24,871 nucleotides of DNA from positions 1 through 24,871 of IMG/VR virus record IMGVR_UViG_3300042310_000306; one strand, 5' to 3'. Under the pieces are notes generated by a model. It saw nothing but the letters and a program-made list of their open reading frames with translations. It had not been told where the DNA came from and made no database searches. Of this stretch, positions 19,227 through 24,871 are shown piece after piece. The position numbers were made by a program, and so were the translations under genes. The stretch's first letter is position 1. Each line of letters opens with the position of its first letter. This DNA is from a virus. Taxonomy: Duplodnaviria; Caudoviricetes.

Positions 19227-22219
19227 TGGCTAAAAAATATACTTGTCCGCCGCAAAAAGCAACCGCAGATAATACTTTTTCTGACAATTTAGTTGGTTTC
19301 CAACTAGTTGCTGGAGGTGGATTGACACAAGGTAATTTTGAATTTACGGTAAGTATTACTGAAAAATCAAATAGGGATTTTATTATAGGTTCTTTTTCAG
19401 ATCCAATTACATTAGATAGCCTTGGGGTTCGATCCGTGGAGGAATCAAGATCAATAATTGAGAAGAATTTTAAGGTATATCCAAATTTTGATTTAAGTCA
19501 GGTTTCTAATTTTTCACAATACGGGTCATTAACTAAAAGGTTATCGGTATCAATAACCAAAATAATTAATTTTTTCCCTGCAGCTTTAGAGGTTACTTTT
19601 AAATCACCAAACTACACAACAGGAGCAACAGCAACAAATATATCATACAATAGTACTAATGATGTTACTTATTTGGAAATTGACCTTGCAAGGATAAGAA
19701 ATCCTTTTGATGTTGATTTTACAATAAATGCCCCTAGAAATATAAGTGTTAGTGAGATTGAATTATCCCCACTTAGGGATATGACAACCACCTATACAAA
19801 ATATAGTCTATACATTAATGAAAATAGTTACCCATTAATTTCTATGACCCCTACTGATAATTTATCTTCGGGGACATTAAAAATGTATGTTAGGGGTAAT
19901 CCTTTTACTGGTGTGACCATAACTTACGATAATTTTATTATAAGACCTAATTACGAAACAACCGAAATGGTTTTCGGGCAGGATTTTGATGAGATTGAGA
20001 GATTTTTACTTAATAGATTGGCAACACCAATTTACACCGCTGATTTTCAGGTTGTTGAGGAAGATAATAATGGTAAGTACTATGTTAGCACTCAATCAGT
20101 AACTTGGCCTTTGGATGGTGTTTGGAATTTAGATATAAGAACGCCAGTTTTTCAAGACTATGTTGTGAATATAAGTGTTATTGCCGAAAATTTTGATTCA
20201 TTTAAAACAAATTTAATTAATAGATTTTTAACGACAGGGGCTTTTAAAGATTTTGATACATATGACCAAAAAATAAGTAAAGTTTTAGAATTATATGGTA
20301 GAAGTTTTGATCAAGTAAAAAAATTTATAGACGCTTTGGCTTATATGAATTCAGTTAATTATAATGTAGGTAATGACATACCATCACAACTATTAAAGAA
20401 CTTATCCCAAACTTTGGGTTGGTCAAAAAACATATCACCAATCACTAACGAAGATTTTTTAAATTCCGTTTTCGGAGGTGAAGAATTTAGTGAGTTTCCG
20501 GGTGTCGGTAGGGGTTATACTCCCGATGAGTTAAATTATCAATTTTATAGAAATTTGATTCTGAATTCCGCATACCTTTTTAAATCAAAAGGGACAAGAA
20601 AATCAATTGAGGGATTATTAAGATTAATTGGGGCTCCAGATGCGTTGGTTGATTTTAATGAACATATCTATCTTGCCGACCAAAAGATTAATATGACGCA
20701 ATTCAACCAAGAATTTGCTCAGATATCAGGAGGAACATACTCAAAAGAACTACCCGTATTAGAACCTGGTAACACATTTAAAATTCACGGACGAATATTT
20801 ACCGGATTTACCACAGAGACAATAATACAAGATGCTGACATAACCTTAGAAGAATTTCCAATAGATATTAATGGATATCCTAGAGCCCCAGAAGATACAG
20901 ATAGTTTCTACTTCCAAATAGGCGCGGGTTGGTTTGAAAGTACGCCATCACATAGATCTAATGAGGTATTTGACTCTGTTAATACGACATTCACGGGTCA
21001 GAATCCTAATTACCAAACCAAATTAGCACCATTTACATATGGTCAAGTTTATTTAGATAGATTTAGAGATTTTCCTTATACGGACTTAGGATTTACTTTA
21101 ACTAAAACAATAGATAATAAGAAAAGTTGGTCAACTTTAGAAACTGGATTAAGAAGAAACGCAGATGGTAATAATGCATTCTACTTTGTTGATGATGAAA
21201 AATTAATACTTAACGTAAAAAATGTCGACCTATTCTTGAATCCTGGACAAGCCTTAGTTTATGATGTGTGGTATACTTCAAGTAATTACGATTACCCAAT
21301 ACCCGCATCAGGATTAACGATTAGCGGTAATTGTTATTGCCCGACATATCTAAACCCAACGATATTAGATAGTACATTAATTGATCCAAATCCATCACAA
21401 AAAACATTCTTTGAATTTGCTCAAACCTTTTGGCAAAATATGATAAATGTTAGGGATAGACAATATATTACAAATGGTAAGACCGGAGGTTATCCAACAC
21501 TAGAATATATTTATTGGAAATATTTGAAATCAGGTGAAGGTAATAATGTTCCAAACACTGATTACACATATCAAAAAATGATTGATTATATCAGTGGGAT
21601 GGGTGATTATTGGATAAGATTGGTTGAACAAATGGTGCCAGCGACAACTATTTGGAATACTGGTGTTAGATATGAAAACTCGGCATTTCACCGCCAAAAA
21701 TTTGTATGGAGAAGACAAAGAGGTTGTCAAATTATACCTGTACCTTGTAATCCTTGTACTCTTATTGGTCCAATATTTACCATTGATTGTCCCCAAGCCT
21801 CAACAACTTGTGATGTATATCCTTGGACTAGCGATCCTAAGATAACTAATTTTGGTTCCGTTTTAAATCAATTGGTAACAAATTACTCTAACGGATATAA
21901 TTGTGATTTATCTTCACTATCATCTGAATGGTATGTTAAAATATCATTAGGGGGGTCTGAGATTATAAGTTATCCATTCTTTAATGGTGTTGGTTTAAGT
22001 TTAGGTGATTTTAGTTATCCATCGGCCAGTCAGTGGTTATCCGCACTTGAATCACAATTGGATTTACTTATAGAATATGGGTTAGATTATTATATAGTAG
22101 ATGATGTGGTGACTATCTATACTCTTACTTGTGATGAGGCTAACCTAAACTCAGATTTTAAAATAAATGTGGGTATAAATTTCAATATATATTGTTCACA
22201 AAATGTCTTGCTTCTTTAA
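19226..22219 (+). CDS. Putative baseplate wedge protein with a P2 gpI / T4 gp7-like core (997 aa)
   Basis: IPSQLLKNLSQTLGW...FYRNLILNSAYLFKSKGTRKSIEGLLRLIG (nt about 20378-20633) matches the L..LA..LG(W)...R..I......K.KGT...I..LL...G pattern of the gpI/gp7-like family. Cys-containing C-terminal region. Confidence 0.65.
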   Translation: MAKKYTCPPQKATADNTFSDNLVGFQLVAGGGLTQGNFEFTVSITEKSNRDFIIGSFSDPITLDSLGVRSVEESRSIIEKNFKVYPNFDLSQVSNFSQYGSLTKRLSVSITKIINFFPAALEVTFKSPNYTTGATATNISYNSTNDVTYLEIDLARIRNPFDVDFTINAPRNISVSEIELSPLRDMTTTYTKYSLYINENSYPLISMTPTDNLSSGTLKMYVRGNPFTGVTITYDNFIIRPNYETTEMVFGQDFDEIERFLLNRLATPIYTADFQVVEEDNNGKYYVSTQSVTWPLDGVWNLDIRTPVFQDYVVNISVIAENFDSFKTNLINRFLTTGAFKDFDTYDQKISKVLELYGRSFDQVKKFIDALAYMNSVNYNVGNDIPSQLLKNLSQTLGWSKNISPITNEDFLNSVFGGEEFSEFPGVGRGYTPDELNYQFYRNLILNSAYLFKSKGTRKSIEGLLRLIGAPDALVDFNEHIYLADQKINMTQFNQEFAQISGGTYSKELPVLEPGNTFKIHGRIFTGFTTETIIQDADITLEEFPIDINGYPRAPEDTDSFYFQIGAGWFESTPSHRSNEVFDSVNTTFTGQNPNYQTKLAPFTYGQVYLDRFRDFPYTDLGFTLTKTIDNKKSWSTLETGLRRNADGNNAFYFVDDEKLILNVKNVDLFLNPGQALVYDVWYTSSNYDYPIPASGLTISGNCYCPTYLNPTILDSTLIDPNPSQKTFFEFAQTFWQNMINVRDRQYITNGKTGGYPTLEYIYWKYLKSGEGNNVPNTDYTYQKMIDYISGMGDYWIRLVEQMVPATTIWNTGVRYENSAFHRQKFVWRRQRGCQIIPVPCNPCTLIGPIFTIDCPQASTTCDVYPWTSDPKITNFGSVLNQLVTNYSNGYNCDLSSLSSEWYVKISLGGSEIISYPFFNGVGLSLGDFSYPSASQWLSALESQLDLLIEYGLDYYIVDDVVTIYTLTCDEANLNSDFKINVGINFNIYCSQNVLLL

Positions 22220-24437
22220 TTTTAGTAATTTTAGCGTAATTGGTGATTGCCAAAATAATGGATCAGGTGAAATAACACTTAATCTATCAACTAACTCAGA
22301 ACCAATGAGTATCACTTGGTTCTCACCGAATCCTTGGCCTCCCGGTGGAGGACCTACGGTTGAGACAGGTATTTTAAGTGGTACGAGAACATATAGTAAT
22401 TTACCCGCTGGTTTATATGTTTTAGAGGTAAATGATTCCTGTGGAGGACCCACCGCAACAACACAAAACAATAGAGCGACTCTTAATATATATGTTTCAT
22501 CGGCGTCTAGTTGTGTATCAATAACTAATGTAACCCCAACAACTTGTGGTGTTAGTAATGGGGCTTTAACCGCAACCACCACTAATTTCTACGGTCAAGG
22601 TAGATTTGAGTTATTTAAAGATGGGGTTAGTTTTCAGACGGCAACAACGATTGTGGATTCGGCGGTTTTTCAAAATCTATCAAGTGGGGTATATTATATA
22701 GTAGCGGACGATGGTGGAGGTTGTACAGGTAACAGTGAAAATTGTATTGTAACGGATTCAACCGAATTAAACTACGGATTATATGTTGTCAATGGTTCAA
22801 ATTGTGGTAGTATTAATGGTGGTTTTGGTAAACTATTTATAACGGGATTAACAGGTGTAGCTCCATACACTTATCTATGGTCATCACCAACACCAGCTTT
22901 ACTACCGACTAATCAACCATTAACAGGAACGTCATTAACAGGTTTAAGTGTGGGTTATTATAGTGTTACGATAACTGATGCTCAAAACTGTACATTAACA
23001 CAGACCGCTCAAATAATTGAGGTGCCGCCAGTTGAATTTGTTGAAATAATACCAACGCCGCCAAGTTGTTTTTCTCCCGATGGTGAGATAGAAATAACAG
23101 TAAAAAATGGAACACCACCATACAGGTATTATATTCCTGAGTTAAGTTATATTGATATATCTTATGATCAAACATATACATTTTCAGGTTTATATGGGGG
23201 TGTTTATAATATAACAGTAACCGATTCCGCCTTGTGTAGTTTTACCACGCAGGTAACACTAACACAACCAAATAGTTTTGCGGTTACATCAATTAATGTT
23301 ATTAATAGTTCTTGTGGTAATAATAATGGTAGTGTTGCAATTAGTTTAACGGGTAATAAAAGTGCTAGTTATGTATATTCACTTATTAACAGTATTGGTG
23401 ATACCTTAGTACAAGAAACATCTTTAAATGCTACATTTCCTAATTTATTTCCTGATATATATTCATTAGCAATAACTGACGGTATCTGTACTTATAGCGG
23501 TACTGTTATTATCTCATCAATATCGTTATATAATATCACAACGCAAGTAACTGGAACTACTTGTGGTGATAATAACGGAATAGTGCAGGTCTTTAAAACA
23601 ACAGGGGGAACCTCACCATTCACATATTCAATTGAGGGTGGTAATGGGACTTTTATATCACCATCAACACCAACGGCATTAAGTTCATTTACATTTAACA
23701 ATTTATCGTCAGGTTCATACGCAGTTACAATAACGGACGCAAAAAAATGTAAAGAGATTAATTATTTCTCAATAGACGAGAGCGAAGAAATAAATTTTAT
23801 ATTAATACCAACAAATTCCACCAACGGTTCAAACGGAGAGATATTTGCAAACATATTCCAAGGAACGCCCCCATTTACTTTAACGTGGTCATCTAATGTT
23901 AATGGTCAAACTGGAACTACGGTTAGTAATTTATCCGCAGGTACTTATAGTTTAACGGTACAAGATAATGATGGATGTGCGGTGACTAAGAATGTAATAT
24001 TGACAGGAGTATTTATCTTATCAAATTTAAGTGAGTATAATATATGTGAAAGCACAATTTCAAGCACTGGTGATATTACGGAAAGGACTTTAGGTAAAAT
24101 GTTACTTGAGGGGTATTTGGATTTAACTAGTGGTTGCACGGATTGTTTATTAAGTTCCGCAACATTCTCTGCGGTTGCGACAGTTGCGGGAACCGCTTTC
24201 ACACAATCATTTTATACCGCAACAACCATAAATGATGTACCGGAAAATAGTGATTTTTATAACACGGTTGAGACGTTATTAAGTGGTGTTACAGGGATTG
24301 GCGAAGTTATCGTTGATACTGATAATAACACAATTACTGTCAATACGAGTTGTGAAGAAACAACAGACCCGCTATCAAATCAAAACATAACAGTACAAGT
24401 ATCAATATTGTATGATATAAATTGTGTCTCTTGTTAA
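22203..24437 (+). CDS. SprB-repeat (Ig-like) protein, putative tail fibre / adhesin (744 aa)
   Basis: Seven units of about 80-90 aa with the pattern C...NG.I......G..PY.Y.W.......NL..G.Y.+T+TD...C. No signal peptide or T9SS sorting domain is visible. Confidence 0.8.
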   Translation: MSCFFNFSNFSVIGDCQNNGSGEITLNLSTNSEPMSITWFSPNPWPPGGGPTVETGILSGTRTYSNLPAGLYVLEVNDSCGGPTATTQNNRATLNIYVSSASSCVSITNVTPTTCGVSNGALTATTTNFYGQGRFELFKDGVSFQTATTIVDSAVFQNLSSGVYYIVADDGGGCTGNSENCIVTDSTELNYGLYVVNGSNCGSINGGFGKLFITGLTGVAPYTYLWSSPTPALLPTNQPLTGTSLTGLSVGYYSVTITDAQNCTLTQTAQIIEVPPVEFVEIIPTPPSCFSPDGEIEITVKNGTPPYRYYIPELSYIDISYDQTYTFSGLYGGVYNITVTDSALCSFTTQVTLTQPNSFAVTSINVINSSCGNNNGSVAISLTGNKSASYVYSLINSIGDTLVQETSLNATFPNLFPDIYSLAITDGICTYSGTVIISSISLYNITTQVTGTTCGDNNGIVQVFKTTGGTSPFTYSIEGGNGTFISPSTPTALSSFTFNNLSSGSYAVTITDAKKCKEINYFSIDESEEINFILIPTNSTNGSNGEIFANIFQGTPPFTLTWSSNVNGQTGTTVSNLSAGTYSLTVQDNDGCAVTKNVILTGVFILSNLSEYNICESTISSTGDITERTLGKMLLEGYLDLTSGCTDCLLSSATFSAVATVAGTAFTQSFYTATTINDVPENSDFYNTVETLLSGVTGIGEVIVDTDNNTITVNTSCEETTDPLSNQNITVQVSILYDINCVSC
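22245..24000 (+). repeat. Seven degenerate protein-level SprB-like repeats
   Basis: Unit ends read NLPAGLYVLEVNDSC, NLSSGVYYIVADDGGGC, GLSVGYYSVTITDAQNC, GLYGGVYNITVTDSALC, NLFPDIYSLAITDGIC, NLSSGSYAVTITDAKKC and NLSAGTYSLTVQDNDGC. Boundaries are approximate. Confidence 0.8.
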
Positions 24438-24444
24438 ATAAGTT

Positions 24445-24871
24445 ATGAGAAGTATTATCATATCGTCAATAACGGGTCTTACACCACCATATGAAATATA
24501 CATATGTGATGTTTATGGTAATCAATGTCAATATATTGATACAATAACCAATAATGTTCCCCCAATTGACGTAATACCACTACCGATATTATTTAATGAC
24601 GCCCCATCTGTCGGTCTTAAAATTATTGAAACTATAGTCCCCTGTGAAAAATTAATATTAGTTACTTGTACATACTTACCAAATGTGTATTTTACTTTCT
24701 GTAATTGTAGTGATTTATCTAATTGTGTTTACACTGAAGATAATCCAAACCTTAATTTTGGTGACATTGTTTCATTAAATGATTATAGTCAGTGTTGGGT
24801 TTATTCGGGTTATCAATTTACAAATGAAGTAGCTTTACCCTTAATTTATAGTGGTTCGGTTTTTACAACTT
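24445..24871 (+). CDS. Cys-rich hypothetical protein, 3'-partial (not in the ORF track)
   Basis: ATG 7 nt after the previous stop, open to the window end: MRSIIISSITGLTPPYEIYICDVYGNQCQYIDTITNNVPP...FCNCSDLSNC...GSVFTT. Confidence 0.8.
   Translation, partial: MRSIIISSITGLTPPYEIYICDVYGNQCQYIDTITNNVPPIDVIPLPILFNDAPSVGLKIIETIVPCEKLILVTCTYLPNVYFTFCNCSDLSNCVYTEDNPNLNFGDIVSLNDYSQCWVYSGYQFTNEVALPLIYSGSVFTT

Larger units (their letters stand above)
1..24871 (+). mobile_element. Segment of a large tailed dsDNA phage genome (contractile tail type); probable Bacteroidota host
   Basis: Stand-alone 5'-3' exonuclease, helicase and RNR genes lie directly next to gp25-like and gp6-like baseplate genes. All genes are co-oriented with gaps under 90 nt. 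No integrase, att site or chromosomal housekeeping context is visible. The host assignment is inference. Confidence 0.9.

Noticed and set aside
21624-21845. 73-aa + strand ORF nested in another frame of the 997-aa gene
   Set aside because: Fully internal, with no motif and no evident frameshift signal.
1182-24202. Minus-strand ORFs in the track (for example 1182-1670, 3924-4226, 5120-5407, 6944-7255, 22196-22582, 23945-24202)
   Set aside because: All lie antisense to well-supported + strand genes, are short and carry no recognisable motifs. They are best explained as shadow ORFs.
1-24871. Stop-codon reassignment as in some large phages
   Set aside because: Genes are full length under the standard code. 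TAG (959) and TGA (9281) end genes at sensible positions, and coding density is already near complete.
6978-24871. Bacterial contractile injection system (eCIS, T6SS, tailocin) rather than phage
   Set aside because: The baseplate genes adjoin a phage-style exonuclease/helicase/RNR block, and no T6SS membrane complex, Afp15-like ATPase or chromosomal context is visible.
1-24871. tRNA, CRISPR array, structured ncRNA or diversity-generating retroelement
   Set aside because: The largest intergenic gap is 84 nt and holds the terminator. I saw no spaced direct repeats, cloverleaf, reverse transcriptase or near-identical template/variable repeat pair, though a by-eye scan could miss weak repeats.

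Overview
The window is a gene-dense, AT-rich segment with every credible gene on the + strand, most simply read as part of a large contractile-tailed (myovirus-like) phage genome. It has two modules separated by an intrinsic terminator at about 6902-6934. The replication/nucleotide module (1-6893) encodes a 5'-3' exonuclease (5'-truncated), a cellular-type ClpP peptidase, a 150-aa unknown, a DnaB/gp41-like helicase and an intact class Ia ribonucleotide reductase (nrdB then nrdA). The baseplate/tail module (6978-end) encodes gp25-like and gp6/baseplate-J-like wedge proteins, a 1711-aa protein with a long internal hydrophobic segment, several uncharacterised proteins (one with a PKD-like motif), a 997-aa protein with a P2 gpI/T4 gp7-like motif, a protein with seven SprB-like repeats, and a 3'-truncated ORF missing from the supplied track. 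The ClpP N-terminus, the SprB repeats and the absence of Shine-Dalgarno sites all point to a Bacteroidota host (inference). The most notable observations are a TATTTAT motif in all four large intergenic gaps (candidate phage promoter), an apparently shared C-terminal domain in the adjacent 997-aa and 744-aa proteins, host-adhesin-like repeats in a tail-module gene, and a pervasive [S/T]-[G/A]-x-[T/S] motif in the structural proteins. All calls come from motif recognition by eye; no searches were run.
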